This document shows positions 51,044 through 60,551 of a DNA stretch of 64,000 nucleotides, piece by piece. The DNA comes from an uncultured Clostridia bacterium. GTDB lineage: Bacteria > Bacillota > Clostridia > TANB77 > CAG-508. The notes under the pieces were generated by a model. The model saw only the letters and a list, made by a program, of their open reading frames with translations, had not been told where the DNA came from and did not search any database. Within the stretch, counting starts at the first letter, position 1; every line of letters starts with the position of its first letter. The DNA lies in NCBI GenBank assembly GCA_944390365.1, contig CALXPW010000001.1:57907-121906 (forward strand), given 5' to 3'. Made by a program: the position numbers and the translations under genes.

Positions 51044-51574
51044 TTATTGTCCAAATTTCTCGTCATACTTTTTCATACATTTTTCAATTATCTTTTCTGC
51101 ATCTTCTCTTCCAAGCATCCTATCAACTGTAGTTGTTTTTCCCTCTAGTTGCTTATATACTTCAAAGAAATGTTTTATCTCGTCAGCTATGTGGTTTGGA
51201 AGTGCAGATATATCATTGTATACATTTAAGTATGGGTCTCTCTTTGCAATAGCAATTATTTTTTCGTCCTCTTCTCCACTATCATTCATAATTAAAACTC
51301 CTACTGGATAACACTCAACTAAAGTTAGTGGTACTATTTGCTCATTACATAAGATTAATACATCCAATGGGTCATTATCTTCTGCGTAAGTGCGTGGAAT
51401 AAAGCCATAATTTGTTGGATAATGTGTTGATGTATATAAAACTCTATCTAATTTTAGCATTCCTGTTTCTTTATCAAGTTCATATTTTACTTCTCCTCTT
51501 TTTGGTATTTCCACAATTCCTATAAAGTCTGTTTTTGTTATTCTTTCTTTAATTATATCATGCCAAATGTTCAT
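51044..51574 (-). CDS. ppa: Inorganic pyrophosphatase (family I)
   Basis: DNDPLDVLIL and other family I motifs. 176 aa. Confidence 0.9.
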   Translation of the reverse strand: MNIWHDIIKERITKTDFIGIVEIPKRGEVKYELDKETGMLKLDRVLYTSTHYPTNYGFIPRTYAEDNDPLDVLILCNEQIVPLTLVECYPVGVLIMNDSGEEDEKIIAIAKRDPYLNVYNDISALPNHIADEIKHFFEVYKQLEGKTTTVDRMLGREDAEKIIEKCMKKYDEKFGQ

Positions 51575-51763
51575 TCGTTATCTCCTCCTATGCGTGTGAC
51601 TTGTGTGTCAGATTACTCATTATCTACGTCACATTTTCAAACAATATTGTAAAACAAATATGGGAAAATGTCTAGTAGTATATTTTATATTATGTGCTTT
51701 ATTTGTTACAATATAATGATTTTATGCTATATAATTTAAATAATTCTTGTTATCTGTTTATAT

Positions 51764-51954
51764 GGGTAGAGTAAACTTCTAAAAAAAGTATTTCAAATAT
51801 GTCGGTCCAGCTACTTTTTCGTAGAAATTCTAGAATAATTTTATGGCACCCTTCCATCAGAGATGAACTCTTTCCATAAAATTATTCTAGAATCTCTAAC
51901 TCAAAGTACTTTCCATTCCATATTTTCATACTTTTTTATAAGCCCACTCTACCC
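51764..51954. repeat. Palindromic repeat family 2, copy 2
   Basis: About 95% identical to 28638..28829. The differences between copies are paired compensatory changes in both stems. Confidence 0.85.
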
Positions 51955-52074
51955 TAGTTAGAAAATGCTTATTTAAATTATAAAGCATAAAACCATTATA
52001 TTGTAATCTTCACTTTTAATAAGTTAGTTTGCTTTTATATAAAGTTGTAAATTGTAATAGCAAAGCAGAAAACT

Positions 52075-52107
52075 GCGTGCAAAGGGGAGCCGAGACTCTC
52101 GGCTCCC
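52075..52107 (-). terminator. GC-rich terminator (GGGGAGCCGAGA-ctc-TCGGCTCCCC) for the secreted-protein gene
   Basis: A perfect 11-12-bp stem followed by TTTGCACGCAGTTTT on the minus strand. Confidence 0.6.
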
Positions 52108-52126
52108 CCACAACCTTCTACAGGAG

Positions 52127-52552
52127 TTATCGCTGTATCAGTATTGTAATTGAGTCTAGAATGAACTTCTTAAAGTTCTGCCATTTCTGGCAAATCTCTT
52201 TCCATTCCTCCTTTGCCATTGCGTCTTGCCTTAGCTCCTCACGGTATGCCTGAGGATCGTCTTCAACTGTTGTTTGGTCCTCTTTTTTCTCCTCTGCCAC
52301 CTCATAGATTGGCTCTGCCTCATATACCTCTTCGGTATATGCAGAATCTCCAATCTTGGTCGGAGCTTCGTAGTAAGCTGCCTCGCCGATTTCAGTCAGT
52401 CTTTCGTAGGAGATTGCCTCTCCTATCATTGTTGGAGCTTCTGCATATGCAGTTGCTCCACAAGCGAAGCTCACACTGAACAGTGTAATTGCCATTATCA
52501 AAATGGTCAACACCTTTTTTGCGAAGAGCTTCCGTTTTTCGTCTTTTCTCAT
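52127..52552 (-). CDS. Small acidic secreted protein with internal EAPTxIG repeats, in a GC-rich island
   Basis: Signal peptide with an AYA cleavage site. Glu/Ala/Tyr-rich mature part. AGGAGG lies 8 nt upstream of the ATG. The 5' UTR holds the perfect inverted repeat CTAAGTGGAA-ct-TTCCACTTAG. The locus is markedly GC-rich relative to its flanks. Confidence 0.5.
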   Translation of the reverse strand: MRKDEKRKLFAKKVLTILIMAITLFSVSFACGATAYAEAPTMIGEAISYERLTEIGEAAYYEAPTKIGDSAYTEEVYEAEPIYEVAEEKKEDQTTVEDDPQAYREELRQDAMAKEEWKEICQKWQNFKKFILDSITILIQR

Positions 52553-52825
52553 GTTTTTTTACCTCCTGTTTCAGTAGGTTGTTTTTACTAAGTGGAACTT
52601 TTCCACTTAGTGTCGTACTGAATGCACTTTCGCATTCAACTATATTATACCATAAATTGGAAAAAATATCAAAAAGAAAAAAGGCTCTAGCAGCGATAAA
52701 GAGTAAATTTTCTTTTTTTGCTTATGATTTACTATATATTATAAATTATTTTACCATATATTGGTAAATAAAATCTTTTTTTACATAAAATACCCCTTAC
52801 CCCAAAATTTTGAGGTTTTCTATCA

Positions 52826-52886
52826 GCAATGAAGAGTAAAAATTCTTCTCTTTTATTGCGAAGAATTTTTACTCTTCATTGCTATA
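52826..52886. repeat. Perfect 25-bp inverted repeat (CAGCAATGAAGAGTAAAAATTCTTC / GAAGAATTTTTACTCTTCATTGCTG) with an 11-nt loop
   Basis: Seen directly in the sequence. It is intergenic, between the two secreted-protein genes. Confidence 0.8.
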
Positions 52887-52970
52887 ATATTCAAGCCATA
52901 TATTTCTCCAATTTAATTTTTCTTTAACTTTACAAAAATTTTTTATGAATTTATACTTTTTCATTTATTT

Positions 52971-53002
52971 ATGTAAAAACTCGCTTGCAATACGCAAGCG
53001 AG
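52971..53002 (-). terminator. Terminator (CTCGCTTGC-aatac-GCAAGCGAG + T-tract) for the 53046..53513 gene
   Basis: A perfect 9-bp stem; a T-run follows on the minus strand. Confidence 0.6.
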
Positions 53003-53045
53003 AAAAGTATAAGAATAACTTAGTTATCATTTAAGTACAGTATTT

Positions 53046-53513
53046 TTATACCTGAACAATTACTTCAGCAACAACAACCATATCTTTATCTGATGTAGCT
53101 GTTATTACGAGCATAAGGTCATCACCTTTATAAACCCAATCGCAGTACTCATAACTTGCTTCTCCATTTGCATCCACCTCATGCGAAGCTATTTCAGCAT
53201 AATTTCCCAAAATATTCTTTGCATACAGTGTTGCCTTAATTTTACCATCTGACGTACCATCGGTTGGCATTCCGATGAGTGCAATTCCTGCTTTTCCACT
53301 CATTGGTGACTCAAAGTACTTTACTGCTGAGTCATTAAATCTACCATTTTCATAGTGATAAATCGTTACTGCCGCTCTAGGCATAACAGAACTTTCTTCC
53401 ACTATCTTCCGGACATCAGTAGTTGCTTCCATTGCATAAGCAGTACTAAAACTACTTAAAAGCAATACTAGTGTTGCAAGCATTGCAAACACTCTTTTGC
53501 AAATTCTTTTCAT
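53046..53513 (-). CDS. Secreted hypothetical protein (155 aa, signal peptide ...STAYA)
   Basis: A type I signal peptide is followed by a hydrophilic domain. GC is moderately elevated. Confidence 0.5.
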   Translation of the reverse strand: MKRICKRVFAMLATLVLLLSSFSTAYAMEATTDVRKIVEESSVMPRAAVTIYHYENGRFNDSAVKYFESPMSGKAGIALIGMPTDGTSDGKIKATLYAKNILGNYAEIASHEVDANGEASYEYCDWVYKGDDLMLVITATSDKDMVVVAEVIVQV

Positions 53514-53715
53514 GTTTTTCTCCTTTACTTTTTTCCAGTCATTCTTATACTTTTTTGGGAGATAATGCTAATTAGCATTATCATATTATGTTGGTTTTCA
53601 ACCAACGATTAAAAGTATATCATTTATGTTAAAATTTGCCAATGCATAAATACATTATTTATCTTCAATCCATTTAGTGCTTAAAGCATTCCATAATATT
53701 TAATTTCTTTCTTAT

Positions 53716-54252
53716 TTAAAACAACACACTATATACCTTATCTATAGGTACACACCCAAAACTTCTACTATCTGTAGAATCTTGCCTATTATCTCCTAAT
53801 ACATATATGGAATTTTCTGGTACAATTAGATCCACAAACATATAATCAGCTTTAAGAGCATATCCTATTTTCTCTCCATTCAAATATAATTCATTTTCTT
53901 CTGTTATTTGTATATAGTCGCCTGAAATTCCAATTATTCTTTTTACATATCTTGTTCGAAATGGATTGTAGTTTACTTTATCGTATTTTGCTAACAAGTT
54001 TTGACTATTAAATTCTTCTTTTGATATATATGTTTCACTTGGCTCTTCAATTAAAACTATATCTCCTCTATTTAAACTTTGTTTTGTAATTACTTTCCAA
54101 CGATTTGATAGTTTTATTTCATTTGGTGCCATTGTTGGGAACATAGACATTCCTTCAATTTTACATGGAAATATAAACAGGTTAGTAACTATAAAATATA
54201 CAAGTGAAAAAATCAATGCAATTAGTATAGCTTTTTTTATTGCTCTATTCAT
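53716..54252 (-). CDS. lepB: Signal peptidase I
   Basis: S26 motifs GMSMFPT (Ser box), KRIIGISGD and GDNRQDSTDSR. 178 aa. Confidence 0.85.
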   Translation of the reverse strand: MNRAIKKAILIALIFSLVYFIVTNLFIFPCKIEGMSMFPTMAPNEIKLSNRWKVITKQSLNRGDIVLIEEPSETYISKEEFNSQNLLAKYDKVNYNPFRTRYVKRIIGISGDYIQITEENELYLNGEKIGYALKADYMFVDLIVPENSIYVLGDNRQDSTDSRSFGCVPIDKVYSVLF

Positions 54253-54320
54253 GAAAAATTAAGCTCCTTTCCCTTTTTTTCATATTTGAACATATTTGTA
54301 AGCCAGAATCTTGTAAAGTT

Positions 54321-55022
54321 TTATTTTTCTATATATGTATATTCATCTAAATTTGGAATTTCCACAATATCACTAGTTACAGTATTTACTTCTGTTTTAT
54401 AAGTTACAATGCTTTCAAGTATGTTATCTTTATAACTTTCTTCTTTTATAACGAAACCATTATCTAAGTTAATCCATACTTTTATATAATCCACTTTATT
54501 ATCCATTGTACATTTTACAATAATACAACTTATACTATCAATTTTTTCTTTTCCTAAATACTTATAGTTTCTATAACTAGATATAATATTATTGTAACTT
54601 TCATATTGGCTTTTTAATGGGTTCATAGATATTATTTCTTTCGTTGTTATAAGTATTTCTTCTTCACCATTGTCGGTTGCCTTTGTTTTCGAATATCTTT
54701 TCAATTTTTCATTTATCTCACAGTCATTATAATATAACATTACCTTTCCTGTATCTTCATATATTATTTTACGAGCATCTTCCATTTGTACTACTTTTTC
54801 TATTTCAGTAGTATCTTTTTCTATTAGATATTTTTCTTTTGATAATATATAATTACTAGTGTTACCATTTTTTTCTATAAGTTCTTTTGCGAATTTTCTT
54901 GAGTATATGCTGTTAATTACCATTTGGTATATAAATATTGCAATTATAACTACATTTATAATTGTTATTATATTTATAAGCAATTGTTTTTTGTTCTTCA
55001 TATATTTTCCTTTCTTTTCCAC
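54321..55022 (-). CDS. Hypothetical membrane-anchored protein
   Basis: An N-terminal TM helix followed by an extracytoplasmic domain. 233 aa. Confidence 0.45.
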   Translation of the reverse strand: MEKKGKYMKNKKQLLINIITIINVVIIAIFIYQMVINSIYSRKFAKELIEKNGNTSNYILSKEKYLIEKDTTEIEKVVQMEDARKIIYEDTGKVMLYYNDCEINEKLKRYSKTKATDNGEEEILITTKEIISMNPLKSQYESYNNIISSYRNYKYLGKEKIDSISCIIVKCTMDNKVDYIKVWINLDNGFVIKEESYKDNILESIVTYKTEVNTVTSDIVEIPNLDEYTYIEK

Positions 55023-55032
55023 ATAGAACTTT

Positions 55033-57363
55033 TTATTTCAACTTTTCTTCTGCTCTTTGCACTGCTTCTCTCTCATCCCAGAAGTATTGTACTCCTTTTA
55101 TTTCTTGGTATTGTTCGTGTCCTTTGCCTATTAGAAGTATAATGTCCCCCTCTTGTGCATTTTTCATCGCATATTCTATTGCTTCTTGTCTATCATCTAT
55201 TGTTATATATTTTCCACCACTTCTGTTTAATCCTGTTATAATGTCATTATTTATAGATTCCATTTCTTCAAAACGTGGGTTGTCCTCTGTAAGGATAGTA
55301 AGACCTGCATATTTTCCAGATATTTCTCCCATATCAAATCTTCTATCTCTTGCTCTGTTTCCTCCACCACCAAAGATGCATACTATTCTTTTTGGCTTGT
55401 ACTCCATAATTGTTTCCATTAAATTGGTCATTTCGTCTTCATTATGAGCATAATCTATTATTAGTTTATACTTATCATTTGAAATTGCAAGCTCCATTCT
55501 GCCTTTTACATATACTGTTTCTAATGCTTTCTTCATTGAATCTACTTTTAGTCCCAATTCATTTGCTATTGTTATAGCACATAAAGCATTATATACAGAA
55601 AATCTACCTGGAATTGCAACTTCAAATTTATCATTTACTTTTCCTGTTACATCAAATCCCATTCCTAAGAATTTGTCTGTCATAATAAATTTGATGTTTT
55701 CTGCTCTTAAGTCTACATTTTCTGAATTTATACCAAACTTTATTATATTGCAAGTATGGTTTTTAATAACATTTTCCCAGCTCTTATCATCTACATTTAT
55801 TATTCCAGTTTTGCATTTTTGGAATAACAAGCTTTTGCAGTACATATATTCTTCAAAGCTTTCGTGCTCATTTGGTCCTATATGCTCTTTAGAAATATTT
55901 GTAAATACCCCATAGTCAAATGTAAATCCATCTACTCTATGCATTTTTAGTCCTTGTGAAGACACTTCCATTATTGCATATTTGCAACCATCTTCTACCA
56001 TTTCTCTAAATAGCTTTTGGATTTCATAATTTTCTGGTGTAGTATTATGAAGAGTTATTTTTCTCTTTCCTATAAACGCACCTATTGTGCCAATTAGCCC
56101 AGCCTTTTCCCCATTTTCTTCAATCATTTTCTTTAAAATAGTTGAAGTTGAAGTTTTTCCTGCTGTTCCTGTAATTCCTACAACAGTTAGCTCTTTTGCT
56201 GGATATTTAAAATATGCTGATGAGATTTCTGCCATTGCTTCTCTTGAAGATTTTACCTTTATTATTGTAACATCTTCATCAGGAAGAACAATGTCTTTTT
56301 CTACAACTAATACCTTTGCCCCTTTTTTTATTACATCTGGTATATATTTATGTGAGTCTGATGTAGAACCAACTTTTGCTATATACATATCGTTTGGCTC
56401 TACTTTTCTAGAATCGTCTTTAATATCTGAAATATCTACATCTAGGCTTCCTTTTACAAGCTCATAATCCACATTTTGTAACAAATCTTGCAATTTTGTA
56501 GTTCTATATTTGTTTATTATATCGTCTACATCAATTTCTGACTCGAATACTGTATGTGATGGGCCTTTCATAAACATTTTTCCTGTTTCTTCGTCCCAGT
56601 TAGTTTCTAGTATTCCACCTATTTGGTGAACACTTACTTTTCTATCACATCTACCTGTTAAAACTGCTGCAACTGTAGCAGTACAACAACCTGTACCACA
56701 ACCTATAGTTTCTCCTGTTCCTCTTTCCCATTCTCTCATTTTTATATTGTTTCTATCTATTACTTGGGCAAAAGTTACATTTGTTTTGTTTGGGAACAAG
56801 TCTGTTTTATACTCAATAGCTTTTCCGTATTTTTCTACATCAAAATTATCTACATCATCTATAAACATTACACAATGAGGATTTCCCCACGATACTGCAG
56901 TAATTTTAAAAGTTCTGTCTAGTATTTTTACCTCTTGCTCTACAAATTCTTTCAAGTTTGTATTTACTGGTATTAAGTTTGTATCTAATACCGGTTTTCC
57001 AATATTTGCTTCAATATTAACTGCTTTTCCATTTTCTACAGTTAATTTAACGTGTTGAATTCCACCAAGTGTTTCTATTTTTAGTTCTGTTTTATCTGTT
57101 AACTTATGGTCATATACATATTTGCTTAGAGACCTTAGAGCATTGCCACACATTTCTCCTTCTGTTCCATCTGGGTTGAACATCCTCATTCTAAAATCTG
57201 CCACATCTGATTTGCAGATTAGCACTAGCCCATCTGAGCCTACTCCAAAGTGCCTATTGCTTATGTATTTTGCAAGTTCGTGTACATTGTTTATTTTTTG
57301 ATTTATTGCATCTATATATACATAGTCGTTTCCGTATGCTTGCATTTTTGTAAATCTTGTCAC
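55033..57363 (-). CDS. dapF-murE: Bifunctional fusion: diaminopimelate epimerase (DapF) + UDP-MurNAc-tripeptide (meso-DAP-adding) ligase MurE
   Basis: The N-terminal ~280 aa are DapF (FTKMQAYGNDY, SWGNPH, ERGTGETIGCGTGCC). The rest is a Mur ligase (VVGITGTAGKTSTS) carrying the DNPR motif (LTEDNPRF) that marks DAP-adding MurE. The frame is continuous. The start is taken at GTG 57363, which has GGAGG 8 nt upstream. Confidence 0.75.
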   Translation of the reverse strand: MTRFTKMQAYGNDYVYIDAINQKINNVHELAKYISNRHFGVGSDGLVLICKSDVADFRMRMFNPDGTEGEMCGNALRSLSKYVYDHKLTDKTELKIETLGGIQHVKLTVENGKAVNIEANIGKPVLDTNLIPVNTNLKEFVEQEVKILDRTFKITAVSWGNPHCVMFIDDVDNFDVEKYGKAIEYKTDLFPNKTNVTFAQVIDRNNIKMREWERGTGETIGCGTGCCTATVAAVLTGRCDRKVSVHQIGGILETNWDEETGKMFMKGPSHTVFESEIDVDDIINKYRTTKLQDLLQNVDYELVKGSLDVDISDIKDDSRKVEPNDMYIAKVGSTSDSHKYIPDVIKKGAKVLVVEKDIVLPDEDVTIIKVKSSREAMAEISSAYFKYPAKELTVVGITGTAGKTSTSTILKKMIEENGEKAGLIGTIGAFIGKRKITLHNTTPENYEIQKLFREMVEDGCKYAIMEVSSQGLKMHRVDGFTFDYGVFTNISKEHIGPNEHESFEEYMYCKSLLFQKCKTGIINVDDKSWENVIKNHTCNIIKFGINSENVDLRAENIKFIMTDKFLGMGFDVTGKVNDKFEVAIPGRFSVYNALCAITIANELGLKVDSMKKALETVYVKGRMELAISNDKYKLIIDYAHNEDEMTNLMETIMEYKPKRIVCIFGGGGNRARDRRFDMGEISGKYAGLTILTEDNPRFEEMESINNDIITGLNRSGGKYITIDDRQEAIEYAMKNAQEGDIILLIGKGHEQYQEIKGVQYFWDEREAVQRAEEKLK

Positions 57364-57432
57364 TGTTAATTCCTCCTCTTTTCGCAAAAGGGGACGGGTT
57401 TATTTTGTAAAAAGACTATTTTATCTTTTTAT

Positions 57433-57578
57433 AAAATTATATGTATTTTATTTTTTGTCGGAGTGCTTAAGGTGGGGACCGACAAGTTTACAAACTGTTG
57501 AACTGAATGTTAGTGAAGTTTATACAGTTTGTACGATGTTGGGGGCCGGAGACCAAAAAGAAAATACATATAATTTTG
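57433..57578 (+). repeat. Palindromic repeat family 1, copy E, nested inside an outer perfect 28-bp inverted repeat (57384..57411 / 57601..57627)
   Basis: Core GAGTGCTTAAGGTGGGGACCGACAAGTTTACAAACTGT...ACAGTTTGTACGATGTTGGGGGCCG. Outer arms GCAAAAGGGGACGGGTTTATTTTGTAAA / TTACAAAATAAACCCGTCCCCTTTTGC. Confidence 0.85.
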
Positions 57579-57637
57579 AAATATAAAACAAATCTGATAT
57601 TTACAAAATAAACCCGTCCCCTTTTGCAAATTTTCTA

Positions 57638-58816
57638 TTATTCCATAGCTTGTTTTAAATCTGCAATGATATCATCTGCATCTTCTATACCTACAGATAA
57701 TCTAAGTAATGTATCTGTAATTCCTAAAGCATTTCTTTTATCTTCTGAGATTTCAGTATGTGTTCTACTTACAGGGTGTGTAATTAAACTTTCTACTCCA
57801 CCTAAGCTTTCTGCAAATGTTACCAATTTTAAGTTTGCTAAAATTTTATTTACAGTTTCCATACTGTCTACTCTAAATGATATCATACCACCAAAGCCTG
57901 TGGTTTGTTTTTTAGTTACTGCATAGTCTTTATGGTCTTCAAATCCTACGTAATATACTTGTTCTACCATTGGTTCTTTACGAAGCCAGTTTGCTACTTT
58001 CATTGCATTTTCTGCGTGCTTGTCCATTCTTAATGCAAGTGTTTTTAGTCCTCTTAACATTAACCAAGAGTCCATTGGTCCTAAGCCAGCGCCATAAATA
58101 TACATTTGAATTTCTAGCTTTTCTCCAATTTGACTATCTTTTACAACAACTATTCCTCCTAATACATCATTATGACCAGCTAGGTATTTTGTTCCACTAT
58201 GAACTACAATATCTGCACCTAATGTAAGTGGTCTTTGGAAGTATGGTGTTAAGAATGTATTATCTACAACAACTAGAGCACCTATTTCGTGACCTATTTT
58301 AGATATTTTTTCAATGTCTGCAACTTTCATCATAGGGTTTGTTGGAGTTTCTATAAATATCATTTTTGTGTTTTTCTTTATTGTCTTTTTTAGTAAGTCT
58401 AAATCTGACAAATCTATGCTATCATATTCTACTCCATTTACAGTTAATACTTCGTTTACCTCTCTAAAAGTTCCACCATATATATCGTCTGACATAATTA
58501 TGTGGTCTCCTGGTTTAAGTAGTGAAAATACTAGTGTAGTTGCTGCCATACCAGAATTTACAGCAAATGCTCTTGTGCCTTCCTCTAAAATTGTCATTGT
58601 TTTTTCTAGTTCTTCTCTTGTTGGATTGATACATCTAGCATAATTGTATAGATCTTTCTTTTCTATTCCACTATGCTTAAATGTAGCAGTTTGATAAATT
58701 GGGAAGCTTATTGACCCAGTTACTGGATCTACTCCTAATGCACCATGTACTACTTTTGATGCTAATTTTAAATTTTCCTTTCTGTCAAAATTTTGATAAT
58801 CTTTTGAATCTTTCAT
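57638..58816 (-). CDS. PLP-dependent cystathionine gamma-synthase / beta-lyase / methionine gamma-lyase family enzyme
   Basis: Cys/Met-metabolism PLP fold with the lysine motif region (HSGTKYLAGHNDV). 392 aa. Confidence 0.85.
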   Translation of the reverse strand: MKDSKDYQNFDRKENLKLASKVVHGALGVDPVTGSISFPIYQTATFKHSGIEKKDLYNYARCINPTREELEKTMTILEEGTRAFAVNSGMAATTLVFSLLKPGDHIIMSDDIYGGTFREVNEVLTVNGVEYDSIDLSDLDLLKKTIKKNTKMIFIETPTNPMMKVADIEKISKIGHEIGALVVVDNTFLTPYFQRPLTLGADIVVHSGTKYLAGHNDVLGGIVVVKDSQIGEKLEIQMYIYGAGLGPMDSWLMLRGLKTLALRMDKHAENAMKVANWLRKEPMVEQVYYVGFEDHKDYAVTKKQTTGFGGMISFRVDSMETVNKILANLKLVTFAESLGGVESLITHPVSRTHTEISEDKRNALGITDTLLRLSVGIEDADDIIADLKQAME

Positions 58817-58956
58817 GTTTATTCCCTCAGTTTCTATAATATTGTAACAGTATACTCTTAATTAAGAATATAAGCCTGTTGGTTTAAACACGCTATTATT
58901 ATATACTATTTTTTTTAATTAGTACAGAGTTTTTGAGGATTTATTTAATGGTATCC

Positions 58957-60084
58957 TTATTTTTTTAAAACTATTAATGGAACTTCCATTTCATCTTTAG
59001 TAATTCCTGCATGATAGGTTTTGAATGCTTTACCTTTTTGATCATAACGTAAACACGTATTTTTTATAGCAATAGCAATAAAATCCCCTATATTATCTGT
59101 TACTATACTATTTTTTATTTTTTCTCCGAATAGTTGATACTCTATTACTTCTTCTTTTGAATAAAGTTTAAATTCATTACCATAATTTTTTAAAAACAAG
59201 TTTTTAAAATAATCTTTATCTACTTTTTCTTTCAATTTTATTGAGCATGCTCTTGGCTCTAGTGCAGTAGTTCTTTCCAACAACTCGAACAATGTATTGT
59301 CCTCACTTAATGTTTTATATTCACACTCTATATGACCATGGTCTGCAATTACAATTATTAATGTTTTTGATGGAAGTATTTTATATAATTTTTCTGTCAT
59401 TTTATCTATCTTAGTAATCTCATTTCTCACATTTATACTCTTGAATCCTTCTTGATGTAATATCTTATCTGGATTATTATAATACGAATATATAAATTTT
59501 TTATTTGGCATATCACATAAAGCACATATTCTCTCGCTAATTTCTTCTAATGTGTTACAAGGATATTTTTCGTCAAACGGCCAGACTATATAGGCATCAT
59601 TAGAAGATTCTTCATTAATTTTTTCTATAATAGTTTTATATTTCATTTCTGGTCTTTCTTTTACATTATGTTTTGCCGGAATAGAAGTATCTTTTATAGT
59701 GTTCATATATACAGATACGGTTTCATTGTCATCTTTGAAGAACATATCCCATCCAAGCCATCCATGTTCACTTGGTTCCAGTCCTGTTAATACACTTGTT
59801 GTCGCTGCAACAGTTGTTGCTGGGAATACAGATGAAATATTACACACTTTATTTTTTTGCAAAAAAGATTCTTTAGGTAAAAATTTATCTAAGATACTAC
59901 TTCCTAATCCGTCATACAGTAATAGTACTATATTTTTATATTTTTCTTGCAACAAATATACATCTAGTTCCTTTAATGTACTGTTTAAGATTTTTACATC
60001 CATTGCCTTTAATATAGAATTACTTAGATTAGTCAAATTTTTTCCCTTAATTGGAAACATAATTTCAGTTTCTGCTTTTCTCAT
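58957..60084 (-). CDS. Type I phosphodiesterase / nucleotide pyrophosphatase-family protein (alkaline phosphatase superfamily)
   Basis: LLLYDGLGSS, VFPATTVAATTSVLTGLEPSEHGW and IVIADHGH match the metal-ligand blocks of the family. Confidence 0.55.
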   Translation of the reverse strand: MRKAETEIMFPIKGKNLTNLSNSILKAMDVKILNSTLKELDVYLLQEKYKNIVLLLYDGLGSSILDKFLPKESFLQKNKVCNISSVFPATTVAATTSVLTGLEPSEHGWLGWDMFFKDDNETVSVYMNTIKDTSIPAKHNVKERPEMKYKTIIEKINEESSNDAYIVWPFDEKYPCNTLEEISERICALCDMPNKKFIYSYYNNPDKILHQEGFKSINVRNEITKIDKMTEKLYKILPSKTLIIVIADHGHIECEYKTLSEDNTLFELLERTTALEPRACSIKLKEKVDKDYFKNLFLKNYGNEFKLYSKEEVIEYQLFGEKIKNSIVTDNIGDFIAIAIKNTCLRYDQKGKAFKTYHAGITKDEMEVPLIVLKK

Positions 60085-60299
60085 ATTAGCATCACCTCAT
60101 TAAAAGTATCATTTTTAAACTAGTTGCATAATAGCATGCTTTGCATGTTTTGTCAATATAAACGTATCAGTTGTGTGAATAGCTTTCAGATTTATTTTTT
60201 GACTATTATGTTAATGCGTGATATAATAATTATCGTATAAGTAATATGCTTTGTATTACTTTTTTCGTCCTAACACATAATAATAAGGAGGAAAACATT

Positions 60300-60551
60300 A
60301 TGAAACGGAAAGCTTTGGCAATTTTGATTAAGGAGATTATAAAGAGGAATTTTGCTATAATACTAAATTTTGCTCCTGCAATCATAGGATTCGTTATTAC
60401 ATTTGTTATCGGAATGTTCAATAGCAATGATATATCGGAAACTCTTTTGCTAGCACTTTTTGTTGCTTGGATATGCTCTGCTGCATTTGTAATTATATTC
60501 TTTATTGTTGATACAATAATAAAATTAAAAAAAGAATACAATAACATTTAA
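60300..60551 (+). CDS. Small membrane protein (83 aa, 2 TM helices)
   Basis: AGGAGG lies 8 nt upstream of ATG 60300. It is followed by the terminator CCCCCACAGCACATTTTGCCGTGGGGG + TTTTT at ~60600..60640. Confidence 0.5.
   Translation: MKRKALAILIKEIIKRNFAIILNFAPAIIGFVITFVIGMFNSNDISETLLLALFVAWICSAAFVIIFFIVDTIIKLKKEYNNI

Noticed and set aside
31141-57578. Family-1 elements as integron attC sites bracketing gene cassettes
   Set aside because: There is no IntI gene. The cores lack the R''/L''-L'/R' (GTTRRRY) architecture. Most copies sit between housekeeping genes, not cassette ORFs.
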